Positions 1 through 9,442 of a stretch of DNA of 64,000 bases are shown one piece after another. How positions within the stretch are numbered: the first letter of the stretch is position 1; each line of letters opens with the position of its first letter. The DNA is taken from the NCBI GenBank assembly GCA_963765205.1, contig CAVXVB010000008.1, positions 256,001 to 320,000 of the forward strand. Reading direction: 5' to 3'. The DNA comes from an uncultured Verrucomicrobiae bacterium. GTDB lineage: Bacteria; Verrucomicrobiota; Verrucomicrobiia; Opitutales; JABDGR01. Both the position numbers and the translations under genes were made by a program. The notes under the pieces are model-generated. The model was given only the letters and a program-made list of their open reading frames with translations, was not told where the DNA came from and made no database searches.

Positions 1-11
1 TCGCGGATGTT

Positions 12-680
12 TTGGAAAAGGAGGGCAAACAAACTGCCGCCGCCCTGAATCGTCCCCGGAAGAAAAACGCCGGACGCGCAGAATTTATTTCCTGCGATGT
101 CGCAGACGAAGCCCAAGTTGCCGCAGCCGTCGCGCAGAGCATCGAAAAATTCGGCCGGCTCGATGCGCTGGTCAACAACGCCGGGATCGCGCACCCCTAC
201 AACCCGCCGGTGGAAAAATTGCCGCTGGCCGAATGGAATCGCAAAATCGCGGTGAACCTGACCGGCCCCTTTCTGTGCGCGAAGCACGCCGCGCCGCATT
301 TGCGCTGCGCGCCCGGCGGCGGCGTCATCGTCAACATTTCCTCGACGCGCGCCTTCCTGGCCGAACCCCACACCGAAACCTACAATGCCAGCAAGGCGGG
401 ACTGCTCGGCCTCACGCGCTCGCTCGCGCTCAGCCTCGGGCCGCGCGTGCGCGTCAATGCCATTTGCCCGGGCTGGATTGACACCCGTCCGGCCAAGGAA
501 AGCGCCGCGGCGGCGAAGCGCGAAAAGCATATGCAACATCCGGTGGGCCGCGTGGGCCGGCCGGAGGACATCGCGGAACTCGCGCTCTTTTTAATGGATG
601 GAGAGCGCAGCGGCTTCATCACGGGCCAGACCATCATCTGCGACGGCGGCATGCGGGTGAAGATGATTTATGAGGAATAG
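12..680 (+). CDS. Short-chain dehydrogenase/reductase, probably 5'-truncated by the window edge
   Basis: LVNNAG, YxxxK (YNASK), VRVNAICPG and ITGQ motifs; N-terminal GxxxGxG is not in the window. Confidence 0.9.
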   Translation: MEKEGKQTAAALNRPRKKNAGRAEFISCDVADEAQVAAAVAQSIEKFGRLDALVNNAGIAHPYNPPVEKLPLAEWNRKIAVNLTGPFLCAKHAAPHLRCAPGGGVIVNISSTRAFLAEPHTETYNASKAGLLGLTRSLALSLGPRVRVNAICPGWIDTRPAKESAAAAKREKHMQHPVGRVGRPEDIAELALFLMDGERSGFITGQTIICDGGMRVKMIYEE

Positions 681-819
681 GTTGCAGGTTGGAGGTTGCA
701 GGTCAGCTAACCGGCACCCTTTTTTTCCTTAATTTGCAAGCTCTCCTTGAATCGAAACCCAAAACGCGAATCCTCTTCTTTTCCTTAACCTGCAACTTGC
801 AACTTTCCAACCTGCAACC
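680..819. repeat. Heptamer-periodic inverted-arm element (GGTTGCA units / TGCAACC units)
   Basis: ggttgcaggttggaggttgcaggt at 680-703 is nearly complementary to aacctgcaacttgcaactttccaacctgcaacc at 787-819; lies between convergent genes. Confidence 0.8.
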
Positions 820-832
820 GGCAGTTACCCCC

Positions 833-1246
833 TCACGCCGGCGCGCCGGCGTGGTGGACCTGCAGCGGGATGCGCGCGACGATCTGGTCGTCCATGTGCA
901 CGTCGAAGGAATACAGCGAGGCCTTCTCGAGCGGCAGGCCTTGGAGGTTGATCACGAAATTGCGCGAGATGAACGCCGTCTTTTCCGGGATTTCCGTCAC
1001 CTTGACCTCGAAGCGCGGCTCGCCCTCCTTCGGCAGGATGTTGCGGCCGTCCGGGTCAATGAACGTCACGCGAAAGCGGTGGTCGCCCAAATCCACCGCG
1101 CGGAAGACGATGCGCAGCGCCAGCGCGCAATGCGGGTGGATGGCGGGAAAGCGGTGGGCGTAAATCGTGTCGAACGTGCCCAGCACGCAGAGCTTGCCGT
1201 TGTAGTCGGCGGCACTGTCGCAGATGACGGCGGCGAGGATTTCCAT
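833..1246 (-). CDS. Conserved hypothetical protein (DUF6941-like beta-sandwich)
   Basis: ICDSA..YNGKLCVLGTFD N-terminus and YSFDV...IPL C-terminus resemble that family; recognised by eye. Confidence 0.6.
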   Translation of the reverse strand: MEILAAVICDSAADYNGKLCVLGTFDTIYAHRFPAIHPHCALALRIVFRAVDLGDHRFRVTFIDPDGRNILPKEGEPRFEVKVTEIPEKTAFISRNFVINLQGLPLEKASLYSFDVHMDDQIVARIPLQVHHAGAPA

Positions 1247-1332
1247 AAAAGATAAGGATGGCGGATGGAACGACGGTTGGGTGTGCTTCCATTAACCAAA
1301 GAACGCCGCGAATGGACAGAACTAAATTCGCG

Positions 1333-2358
1333 TCAACTTGGCGAGGCTTCCGGCGGTGTCAGCGGCGGGACGGGCGGGACGGTCAAGAGCGACACGCGCA
1401 GGCCGGGCAGAAAATCGGAAAAGTCCTGCGTCGCGGGCGTGTTGCGCAAGGCCTGTTGCGCCATGCCCATCTTGGCGTCGAAGTTGTCCGCCATCGCCAC
1501 AAACAGTGCCTCGGGCGTGCAGGCCAGCGTGGCTGCGCCCCATTCGAGTTCGCCCTGGTGGGAAAGAATGATATGTTCGAGGCGCTCGAGCAGCGCTGGT
1601 TCGAGCGCCGGCTTCGCCTTCATCGCCCCCTGCCGCACGAGCCGGTAGCCCAGCACCACATGCCCCTGCAAAATCCCCACGCGCGATTTCACCGGGGCCA
1701 GCTCGCCCTCATATTCAATGGCCTTGCCCACGTCGTGCAACAGCGCCCCGGCTAGCGCGAGGCTCGGGTCCACCTCGGGATACAGCGGCAGCAGCGCGCG
1801 CGCCACGCGGGCGACATGCACCGTGTGCTCCAGCAACCCGTGCCGGTAGGCGTGGTGCATCGCCGTGGCGGCGGGCGCAATGCGAAACCGCTCGCCGATG
1901 TTTTCAAAAACCTGTCTGGTCGCCGCGCGCAGCCCCTCGTGCGGGATGGCGGCGATGACACCCTGCAATTCCTCCCACAGCGCGGTCGCGTTTTCCGGCG
2001 CGGCCTCGACGAGCCGCGCCAGCCAGTCGCCCGCCGCAATTTCCTCCGCGCCCAGCACGCCCACGGCGGAGAGGCGCGGGCTGAATTTTCCCTGGTAGCG
2101 CTCGGTCGTCCCTTCAATGCGCACCACCGACCCCGGCGGCTGCTCCGAAAACAACGCGAACGCCGCGCTGTCGTGGAAACACGTCGCGCTGAACGAACCG
2201 GAAAGGTCGCCCAGCTCGACGACCAAAAATTCATTGCCGTTGCGCGCCTTGCGCACGGTCGCGCGCAAAAAGAGCAGCACCGCGGTAAACGGCCGCGGTT
2301 CGTCGGCCGGCAGCGCCTTGAGTTCGGCGACGGTGGCGGTTTTGGAAAAATCAGGCAT
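1333..2358 (-). CDS. yhaM: YhaM/Cbf1-like 3'-5' exoribonuclease (OB-fold + HD domain)
   Basis: OB-fold N-terminus, PAA..MHHAY..GLLEHT, LLHDVGK, HIILSHQG; start moved to ATG 2358. Confidence 0.85.
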   Translation of the reverse strand: MPDFSKTATVAELKALPADEPRPFTAVLLFLRATVRKARNGNEFLVVELGDLSGSFSATCFHDSAAFALFSEQPPGSVVRIEGTTERYQGKFSPRLSAVGVLGAEEIAAGDWLARLVEAAPENATALWEELQGVIAAIPHEGLRAATRQVFENIGERFRIAPAATAMHHAYRHGLLEHTVHVARVARALLPLYPEVDPSLALAGALLHDVGKAIEYEGELAPVKSRVGILQGHVVLGYRLVRQGAMKAKPALEPALLERLEHIILSHQGELEWGAATLACTPEALFVAMADNFDAKMGMAQQALRNTPATQDFSDFLPGLRVSLLTVPPVPPLTPPEASPS

Positions 2359-2914
2359 AGAGTTTGACGAGCGCGGTGAATTCGCGGAAGCGCGCGTGCC
2401 GGGCGTCGCGCACGATGCTGTAGAAAACCGTCTCCGAAGGCAAGAGGCGCGCGCCGGCACTTTTCATCATGCGGCAGACCGGCGGGAAATCCTCCGGTCG
2501 GCGGCCGCCAGTGGCGTCGGTCAGCACGGTGACTTCAAAGTCCGCCGCCAGCGCCTCGAGCACGGTCAGGTAAACACAAATCGGCGTCTCCAGCCCGGCA
2601 ATGAGCAAATGCGTCGCGCCCTGGGCGCGCAGCCATTCACCAAGACCCTCGGCGGCAAAGGCGGAGAACGCGCTCTTGGCAAACACCGGCGCATCCGCCC
2701 CGGCGGCCTCGCGCACAACCGCGTTCGTCGCGCCGAGCTTGGCGGGAACTTGTTCCGTGAACGCGACGGGAATTTTCAACAATCGCGCGGTGGCCGCGAC
2801 GAATGCGCACCGCCGCGCCAACGGCGCGCCGGCCGCCGGCAACGCGCGCAAAAAAACATCCTGCACGTCCACAATGAGCAAAACCAGTCCAGGCGGCGGA
2901 GCGTCGTCGTTCAT
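2351..2914 (-). CDS. Isochorismatase/YcaC-like cysteine hydrolase
   Basis: LIVDVQ, TEQ.P.KLG.T, K.AFSAF and GLETPICV motifs; start ATG 2914. Confidence 0.85.
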   Translation of the reverse strand: MNDDAPPPGLVLLIVDVQDVFLRALPAAGAPLARRCAFVAATARLLKIPVAFTEQVPAKLGATNAVVREAAGADAPVFAKSAFSAFAAEGLGEWLRAQGATHLLIAGLETPICVYLTVLEALAADFEVTVLTDATGGRRPEDFPPVCRMMKSAGARLLPSETVFYSIVRDARHARFREFTALVKLYA

Positions 2915-2925
2915 GGCGGGGGGGG

Positions 2926-3585
2926 TTATTCGAGGTATTTCTTGTGCGCGGCGACTTGGACGATTTCGCGCTGGGGCAGAATGCACGCGGAAAGGTAGCC
3001 GCCATAAACGCAGCCGGTGTCCAGGCCCAGCGACCATGGTCGGCGATAGACATCCGCCCGCGGGATGTGGCCGTAAACGACGAAGGGCGGCCCCTCCCAT
3101 TTGTCGGCCCACACCCGCGCCAGCGGCGCCTCGCTGCGCTTGCGCGGCCGGCCCTGGTCGTCAATTACCTGGATGCGGGTGACAATTTCCGCGCTCTGCT
3201 TTTCCCAAGGCTGGTCAGGCAAAAAGCCGCCATGCACGCACACGGTTTGGAATTCCGGCAAATAATAAGTCAGCTTCATACCCTGCAGGTATTTCCAGTC
3301 CTGCTCATCGAGCTGGCGGACAGTCGTCCAGTCGTAGTCCTTCAGCACCTTGGCGTCGCGTTCCTTGCGGTATTGCAGCAGGCGCAGCTCGTGGTTGCCC
3401 AGCAGCGAGACCGTGTTGGACAGGCTCCGCACCAAACTCACCACCCCGTGGCTGTCCGGCCCGCGGTTCACCAAATCGCCCAGAAAGATCAGCTGGTCGT
3501 CCTTGCCGGGCTTGAGTTTGGCCAGTAAATCCGTCAGTTCGGCCAGGCAGCCGTGCACGTCGCCGATGACTATTATGCGTCCCAT
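2926..3585 (-). CDS. Calcineurin-like metallophosphoesterase (ApaH/PrpA-like)
   Basis: GDVHG, GDLVNRG, GNHE, VHGG, YGH and LDTGCVYGG motifs. Confidence 0.9.
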   Translation of the reverse strand: MGRIIVIGDVHGCLAELTDLLAKLKPGKDDQLIFLGDLVNRGPDSHGVVSLVRSLSNTVSLLGNHELRLLQYRKERDAKVLKDYDWTTVRQLDEQDWKYLQGMKLTYYLPEFQTVCVHGGFLPDQPWEKQSAEIVTRIQVIDDQGRPRKRSEAPLARVWADKWEGPPFVVYGHIPRADVYRRPWSLGLDTGCVYGGYLSACILPQREIVQVAAHKKYLE

Positions 3586-3632
3586 GGACGAAATTCATTG
3601 CGCTAAGCCGCGCAGTTCGTAAATCAAAAAAG

Positions 3633-4115
3633 GTGGATTGGGCCATAAAATCGCTTTCGCGCGCCTCTTTCGCCTCCGGCCATGTCTTTACACCGGGGGA
3701 AAAGGTCAATTGCGTCATCTTTCGCGGGCCGGACGGCCTGCAGCGTGCGGATGTGACCGAAATCGAGGGCCGCGAGTGGCAGCCCCCCGGCGAGGTGCTC
3801 GGCCGCTGGTCGCGCAAGGCGGAGGACGAATCCGCCGCCGCCAAACGCCGCGGCGCCCTCGCCTCCGCCGAGGAGGTCTTCCTCGCCCTCATCCAGGAGC
3901 CCGGTGGCGCGGGCTTGGACAAGGACCTGCTCCTGCAACTCCTCGCGTTGATGATTGAGCGCAAACGCATCCTGCGGCCCCAAGGCCGGCCCGCTGGCGG
4001 GCGCCAGCGTTACTGGCACCCGCGGCTGCGGCAGGAATTTTCCGTTCCCCATCAGGAACTGACGCCCGAGCGCGTGGCCACCCTGCGGGAACAGTTGCAT
4101 CATCTGGCTTTTTAG
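3633..4115 (+). CDS. Hypothetical protein
   Basis: 160-aa ORF with host-like codon use, first gene of a + strand run. Confidence 0.65.
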   Translation: MDWAIKSLSRASFASGHVFTPGEKVNCVIFRGPDGLQRADVTEIEGREWQPPGEVLGRWSRKAEDESAAAKRRGALASAEEVFLALIQEPGGAGLDKDLLLQLLALMIERKRILRPQGRPAGGRQRYWHPRLRQEFSVPHQELTPERVATLREQLHHLAF

Positions 4116-4130
4116 GCCACGCTCCCCGTC

Positions 4131-4772
4131 ATGCCCATCCCCGCCACTCACCGCCGCGGTTTCACGCTGGGCCTCGCCGCGCTCCTGTGGGCCGCCTTGT
4201 CCGCCGGCAGTTGCTCAACGGGCCCCCAGTTGCCGGATCTCCTCTTTGATTTTCACATGGAAACGCCCGCCGGCAGCGGGATGGCTTTCACCCTGCCCGT
4301 CACCCAGCAAGTCAAGTATTGCAAGGCCGATGCCTTTGTCACCGAGGCCAACGTCGTGGATGTCAAAGGGGGGACGATTGACGTGCCACTCGGGGACAAC
4401 CAGTTTGTGAATACCCGGTGTGTGTTTTTTTACTTTGACCGCGAAGGCGAACGGCTGCTGGAATTGCACACCACCTCGAGCGATATCGGAAAAAAGATTT
4501 ACCTCTTCGTCAATGCCAAGCCCGTCGGCGCGCGCCTGATTGACCAGACGATTTCCGGCGAAGAGTCTACGGCGGCGCCCATTGACGTTACCTCGGTGGC
4601 CAGCGCCGCGGTGGCCAATCGCACAGCGGCGGAAAGCACCTCAACCAATGGCGCGCTTTTCATGTTTTTGGAAATCCCCGACGTGAACACCGACCAGGCA
4701 AAATTTGACGCCTACGTCGCCGACCTGAAGAAGTCCGTTGTGGCCTACCAGAAATTCAAGAAGAGCCAATAA
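4131..4772 (+). CDS. Putative lipoprotein with SecDF P1-head-like domain
   Basis: Signal peptide ending in LSAGSC; F.FDREG...IGKKIYLFVN.KPVGARLI...ISG resembles the SecDF head. Confidence 0.55.
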   Translation: MPIPATHRRGFTLGLAALLWAALSAGSCSTGPQLPDLLFDFHMETPAGSGMAFTLPVTQQVKYCKADAFVTEANVVDVKGGTIDVPLGDNQFVNTRCVFFYFDREGERLLELHTTSSDIGKKIYLFVNAKPVGARLIDQTISGEESTAAPIDVTSVASAAVANRTAAESTSTNGALFMFLEIPDVNTDQAKFDAYVADLKKSVVAYQKFKKSQ

Positions 4773-4778
4773 GCCGCC

Positions 4779-5870
4779 ATGATCCCGCGAAAGTTGCCGT
4801 CCACCCGAAACGCGCTGGCCGCGCTGGCGGTCCTGCTATCGGCGGTTTTCGCCGCCAGTGCCGCCCCCGCCGGGAACTCCGCACCGCCGGGCGCCCCCGC
4901 GGCCAAGCTGCCTTTCGCCATCCTCTGGCCCACCCCCAACCCCGCCTTCATGCAAGGCGGCGACCTCGCCTCTTGGGTGCAGGACACTGGCACCGGCGAC
5001 CCCCACTCCGGCCTGTTCGGCTGCGTGCGCGACGACGGCCACAAATTCCATGAGGGCATTGACATCAAGTGCATCCAGCGCGACAAAAAAGGCGATCCGC
5101 TGGATGCCGTGTCCGCCGTGATGGATGGGCGAGTCGAATATATTAACAACGTCGCCGGTAACGGCGACTATGGCCGCTACATTGTCCTCGAACACCCGCA
5201 CGCCGACGTGCCCGTCTATACCCTCTACGCCCACCTCTCCGCCATCGCGCCCGGCCTTAAAGTCGGCCAAACCGTCACCGCCGGGGAGACCATCGCCACG
5301 CTGGGCCATTCCGGCACCGAAGACATCCCCCTCGCCCGCGCCCACCTGCATTTCGAGATCGGCCTGCGCCTCTCCGATGACTTTCAATATTTCTACGACG
5401 AGGAAAAACTCCCCGGCAAAAACGCGCACGGCAATTACAACGGCATCAACCTCCTCGGCTCCGACCCCTATGCCTTTTTCGAGCTGGTCCGCACGGGCAA
5501 ATTCAAAAATTTCGCCACCTATTTCCGCGACATCCCCACGGCCTTCACCCTGCGCGTCACCACCACCCGCGTCCCCGATTTCGTCTCCCGCTATCCCGCA
5601 CTCTTAACCAAGCCCGTGACTTTGGATGGCGTTGCCGGCTGGGACATCGCCTGCACTTGGTATGGCATGCCCAAGCAAATGACGCCCCTGCCCGCCGGCA
5701 CCCCCGGCCTCGGCGCGCCCGGCGCGGTCGCCCTCGTCAGCTACGACCGCGCCCAGTTTGTCGGCTGCACCTGCCGCGACACCCTCCTCTTCAGCGCCAC
5801 CAAAAACACCCCACCCACCCTCGGCAAATATCTGGAAGATAACATCAAGATGCTGTTCCATTTCAAGTGA
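4779..5870 (+). CDS. Secreted M23 family metallopeptidase
   Basis: HEGID (HxxxD), YAHL and HLHFEI (HxH) motifs; signal peptide. Confidence 0.9.
   Translation: MIPRKLPSTRNALAALAVLLSAVFAASAAPAGNSAPPGAPAAKLPFAILWPTPNPAFMQGGDLASWVQDTGTGDPHSGLFGCVRDDGHKFHEGIDIKCIQRDKKGDPLDAVSAVMDGRVEYINNVAGNGDYGRYIVLEHPHADVPVYTLYAHLSAIAPGLKVGQTVTAGETIATLGHSGTEDIPLARAHLHFEIGLRLSDDFQYFYDEEKLPGKNAHGNYNGINLLGSDPYAFFELVRTGKFKNFATYFRDIPTAFTLRVTTTRVPDFVSRYPALLTKPVTLDGVAGWDIACTWYGMPKQMTPLPAGTPGLGAPGAVALVSYDRAQFVGCTCRDTLLFSATKNTPPTLGKYLEDNIKMLFHFK
5802..5843 (+). repeat. Copy 1 of a degenerate 42-bp direct repeat (3' end of the M23 gene)
   Basis: 35/42 identical to 7821-7862 by manual alignment. Confidence 0.75.
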
Positions 5871-5895
5871 ACCGGGATAATTGAAAGTGGCTTGC

Positions 5896-6145
5896 TCTGT
5901 AGAAAACACTCCAAGGGCCGTCGGCAAGCGACCCCCCCGGCTTGGAATCGAGAAAATGCCTGTTTTCTACAGAACAGTAGGGATCAGTTTGAATTTGGGC
6001 ATCTCGGCTTTCGCCCCAACGGGGCGAAGGAACCCAGCCCAGGGCTGATCCCGCCTCGCGGGAGCAACCCTGGGAATCGGTGACATAAATAATTTGCGCT
6101 CTGCAAGAACGCAGGAGCGTGGTTTTCCTCCGCCCTGACAGGGCG
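5896..6145. repeat. Cluster of palindromes, REP-like element
   Basis: 13-bp inverted repeat 5896-5908/5961-5973; hairpins cgccccaacggggcg (6012-6026), cccagggctg..caaccctggg (6038-6074) and cgccctgacagggcg (6131-6145). Confidence 0.65.
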
Positions 6146-6364
6146 GCGCTTTTTCACGAATCGAATAAGTGCCATATAATCTCCTTTTCGCCCTACGACT
6201 TTGGCAAGGAGCGGAATGATTGCCTAAGCAAAATCCTTAGTGAAGTATAGCATCTGCTCCCATTGATGTTTTTTGAAACAATGTCATGTTGGAGTTTTAG
6301 TAGCCCATAAAAAGCCTGTCGGCAATTCCCAAGCAAATCAATCACTCCACAAAGGTTTTAATAC

Positions 6365-7732
6365 ATGAACACTATAATCCTGAATGGGCGCTTGTTCAGT
6401 ATCACAAGTAGTTTCCTAGCAAGCATACTTGCCATTCAATTGAGCCCTTCCGCCTACGGCCAGCTTGGCTCTTGGGTGACGGAGGCACCAATGCCCACGC
6501 CACGCTATGCGGCTGGTGCAGGCGTTTTTGGCGGGAATATTTTCGTCGTCGGTGGTGCTGATTACCAGGGTATTTCCACAGCCGTTGAAGCCTATAACGG
6601 CACATCGAATTCCTGGAGCGAATTGAATCCGATGCCTATTGTCCAGTACGATGCCGCCTACGGTACAATCAACGGAATCCTTTTTTTGGCCGGTGGCCAG
6701 AACAATGCTAGCCTCACGACCAATATTACGGCATTTGATATGAGTTCCGGTATGTGGTCCGAAGGTGCCCCGATCCCGACAAGTCGAGACGGTCCTACAT
6801 GCGGCATAATCAACGACCTCCTCTATGTAGCTGGCGGAGCTAATGCCGGTGGAACATTGTCGGCACTCGAAGTCTATGACCCAAGCAGTAACAGTTGGGC
6901 CTCATTGCCTCCAATGCCTACGCCGCGATATGCAGCGGGTGCTGGTGTCGTTAATGGTATTCTTTATGTTGTAGGGGGTAATGACGGGACAAACTTTCTT
7001 AATACTGTCGAAGCTTACGACCCGGTGAAGAACACTTGGACTACAAAATCACCGATGCCTACACCGCGGATGGGAATCAGTGTGGAAGTCGTCAACGGAA
7101 TTCTCTATGCCATGGGCGGAAATGACCAAACGAATTTTTTCAATACCGTTGAGGCGTATGACGCAGCGACAGATACTTGGTCAACTGTTGCGCCAATGCC
7201 TACCAGCCAATCCGGCTTCGTTACTATTCGCCTAAACGGTGTCATATATGCCATCGGGGGCGACAATGGCTCTATTTTGTCCACAGTTGAGGCCTTTACA
7301 CCACCTGCTGCGCTTGTAGGCCCTGCCGGGCCGCAAGGCCCAGAAGGCCCGGCTGGTCCACAAGGCCCGGCTGGCCCGGCAGGGTCGGCTGGTCCGGCGG
7401 GGCCCGCTGGTCCGACGGGTGCCACTGGCGCCACGGGCGCGACTGGCGCAACTGGCGCAACTGGAACGCAAGGCGTTCAAGGCCTACAAGGCCCTGCTGG
7501 CCCAACTGGTCCGAAAGGCGCGACTGGCGCAACCGGTCCATCTGGATTAGGTTTTGTTTCGGGCGCTTACTTGGAATTGGCGGCGGGTTCTCCATCCCCA
7601 ACTGGTTTCACCAAGGTAGGCACCACCCTAATCACGCTTGATTCATACGACATAAAGGGAAACCTACTGTGTGATAACCGCGGAGTTCCCTATACCTTCA
7701 CTATTTTGGTTGATCTATACAAGAAAAACTAA
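6365..7732 (+). CDS. Secreted six-bladed Kelch propeller + collagen-like (Gly-X-Y) protein
   Basis: Six W...PMPT.R....GG repeats, about 25 contiguous G-X-Y triplets, signal peptide; more AT-rich than the flanks. Confidence 0.9.
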   Translation: MNTIILNGRLFSITSSFLASILAIQLSPSAYGQLGSWVTEAPMPTPRYAAGAGVFGGNIFVVGGADYQGISTAVEAYNGTSNSWSELNPMPIVQYDAAYGTINGILFLAGGQNNASLTTNITAFDMSSGMWSEGAPIPTSRDGPTCGIINDLLYVAGGANAGGTLSALEVYDPSSNSWASLPPMPTPRYAAGAGVVNGILYVVGGNDGTNFLNTVEAYDPVKNTWTTKSPMPTPRMGISVEVVNGILYAMGGNDQTNFFNTVEAYDAATDTWSTVAPMPTSQSGFVTIRLNGVIYAIGGDNGSILSTVEAFTPPAALVGPAGPQGPEGPAGPQGPAGPAGSAGPAGPAGPTGATGATGATGATGATGTQGVQGLQGPAGPTGPKGATGATGPSGLGFVSGAYLELAAGSPSPTGFTKVGTTLITLDSYDIKGNLLCDNRGVPYTFTILVDLYKKN

Positions 7733-7820
7733 ATGAGGCCAAAAAGATGACATGAGGCGGTCGATGTCAGGGCTTGGACCTATACGTTGACCATTGCATG
7801 CCATCTTCACTGCTCTGCGG

Positions 7821-7862
7821 AAAAACATCCCGTCTACCCTCGGCAAGTATTTGGAAGATATC
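7821..7862 (+). repeat. Copy 2 of the degenerate direct repeat (remnant of the M23 3' end)
   Basis: Translates KNIPSTLGKYLEDI versus KNTPPTLGKYLEDN in the M23 gene. Confidence 0.75.
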
Positions 7863-7982
7863 CTGCTACGAATGAACCAATACCTTTCCTCAGCTTCCCA
7901 TACTACTAGACAGAGTTGTCTAGTATCTAGGGGGCGGGTTGTCCATTATCAAGCAGACCATCTTGTCTACTGTAGCCCACAG

Positions 7983-9416
7983 TTACCGGAACCGGATTTT
8001 GCGGAGGCCGAAGAAGGTCATTTTAAGGAGGAGCCAGCCGTGGCGGAAGCGGGAGATGTTGGTTTCGCCGTAGGTGCGGTTTTTGTAGCGGACGGGCACG
8101 TCGCGGATGCGCAGGCCCATCAGGGCGGAGCCGAAGAGGAGGTTGAAGTCGCCAAAGGGATCAAAGTCGCCGAGTTCGGGGAGGCGCTTGAGCAGGCGTT
8201 CGTAGTCGGCGCGGGCCATCATTTTGGTGCCGCAGAGGCTGTCCTTGATGCGCTGGCTGAGGACGAAACTGAGGGCCCCGGCGAAAAAATGGTTGCCGAG
8301 CATGTTGAGGAAGCGCATGGCCTGGTTTTCCATCGGGTAAACGAGGCGGCTGCCGTTGGCGAATTCGGCGGTGCCGCGGCAGAGGACGTCGAAAAATTTC
8401 GGAAGATCTTCGGGCGGGGCGGTGAGGTCGCCGTCCTGGATGACCAAGATGTCGCCGGTGGCCTGGGCGAAGCCGTGGCGGACGGCGTCCCACTTGCCTT
8501 TGCCAGGCTGGCGGCAGATTTTCAGTGCGAGGGGGCCGCGGTAGTCGGCGTAGGCCTGCTGGAGGGCCTCCCAGGTTTTATCGCGGCTGTGGCCTTCGAC
8601 AAAAATCACCTCGGTGCTGCGGCCGAGGACGGGTATGCGCGCGAGCGCCGCAGCGACGTTGCCTTCCTCGTTGCGCATGGGGACGACGACGGAGAGGCGG
8701 GTTTGGGCCGGTTCGGCGAAGCGCTGGCGCGGGCGGGCGACGACGAAGACCGTCATGCCGAGGGAGGACAGAACCGGCAGGCGGGCGAGGAAGCGATTGC
8801 AGAGCGGATCAAGGAGTGGGATATCGAAAGGGAAAAGTTGCTCACCGCGCGCGAGCACGACTTCCCAGCCGGCCAGGTCGAGCAGGTTTTCGAGGTCGCG
8901 CAGGGAAAGCCAGTTCCAATAATCGCGCCGCACGACTGCGCCGCCGGACGCAGCGAGTTTGATGAGGGGATACCAGACGTGGTTGAGCGAGGTGATGTAG
9001 AGGCGGGTGCGCGGGTGGCTGTTTTCGCGCAGGGATTCGAGCGCGGCCTGCACATCGGTCAGGTAGCCGGGGAGATAATTGAGGATGATATGGTCCCAGG
9101 TGCCGGCGACAGGGGCGCCGGGGAGGCGGCCTTCGCGGAATTCGCAATTGGCATCGGCGTGGCGGCTGCGCGCGGCGGCGACGTGGGCGGGGTCGGCATC
9201 GAGGCCGAGGCCGGTGGCGGGTTTAAGGGCGGCGAGCAAATCGCCGACGCCGCAGCCCCATTCGAGCACGCGTTCGCCGGGTGGGATGAAGCGGGCGTGC
9301 AGCCGCGCCATCTGGCGACGGAAGCCGGTTTGGGAGCGATAGGCGAAAGTGTCCACATAGGCCACGGGCGCGGTTGGAGCGGGCGCGGTCGTGGAGGGCG
9401 GAGGATTCATATTCAA
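7983..9416 (-). CDS. Class I methyltransferase-like domain fused to a GT2 (DPM1/GtrB-like) glycosyltransferase
   Basis: N-terminal VLEWGCGVG SAM motif; C-terminal SVVVPMRNEEGN, EVIFVEGHS.D.T, QDGDL (DxD), DSLCGTK. Confidence 0.9.
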   Translation of the reverse strand: MNMNPPPSTTAPAPTAPVAYVDTFAYRSQTGFRRQMARLHARFIPPGERVLEWGCGVGDLLAALKPATGLGLDADPAHVAAARSRHADANCEFREGRLPGAPVAGTWDHIILNYLPGYLTDVQAALESLRENSHPRTRLYITSLNHVWYPLIKLAASGGAVVRRDYWNWLSLRDLENLLDLAGWEVVLARGEQLFPFDIPLLDPLCNRFLARLPVLSSLGMTVFVVARPRQRFAEPAQTRLSVVVPMRNEEGNVAAALARIPVLGRSTEVIFVEGHSRDKTWEALQQAYADYRGPLALKICRQPGKGKWDAVRHGFAQATGDILVIQDGDLTAPPEDLPKFFDVLCRGTAEFANGSRLVYPMENQAMRFLNMLGNHFFAGALSFVLSQRIKDSLCGTKMMARADYERLLKRLPELGDFDPFGDFNLLFGSALMGLRIRDVPVRYKNRTYGETNISRFRHGWLLLKMTFFGLRKIRFR

Positions 9417-9442
9417 AAGTGGGGAGCGCGGGGCCGAGCGGC

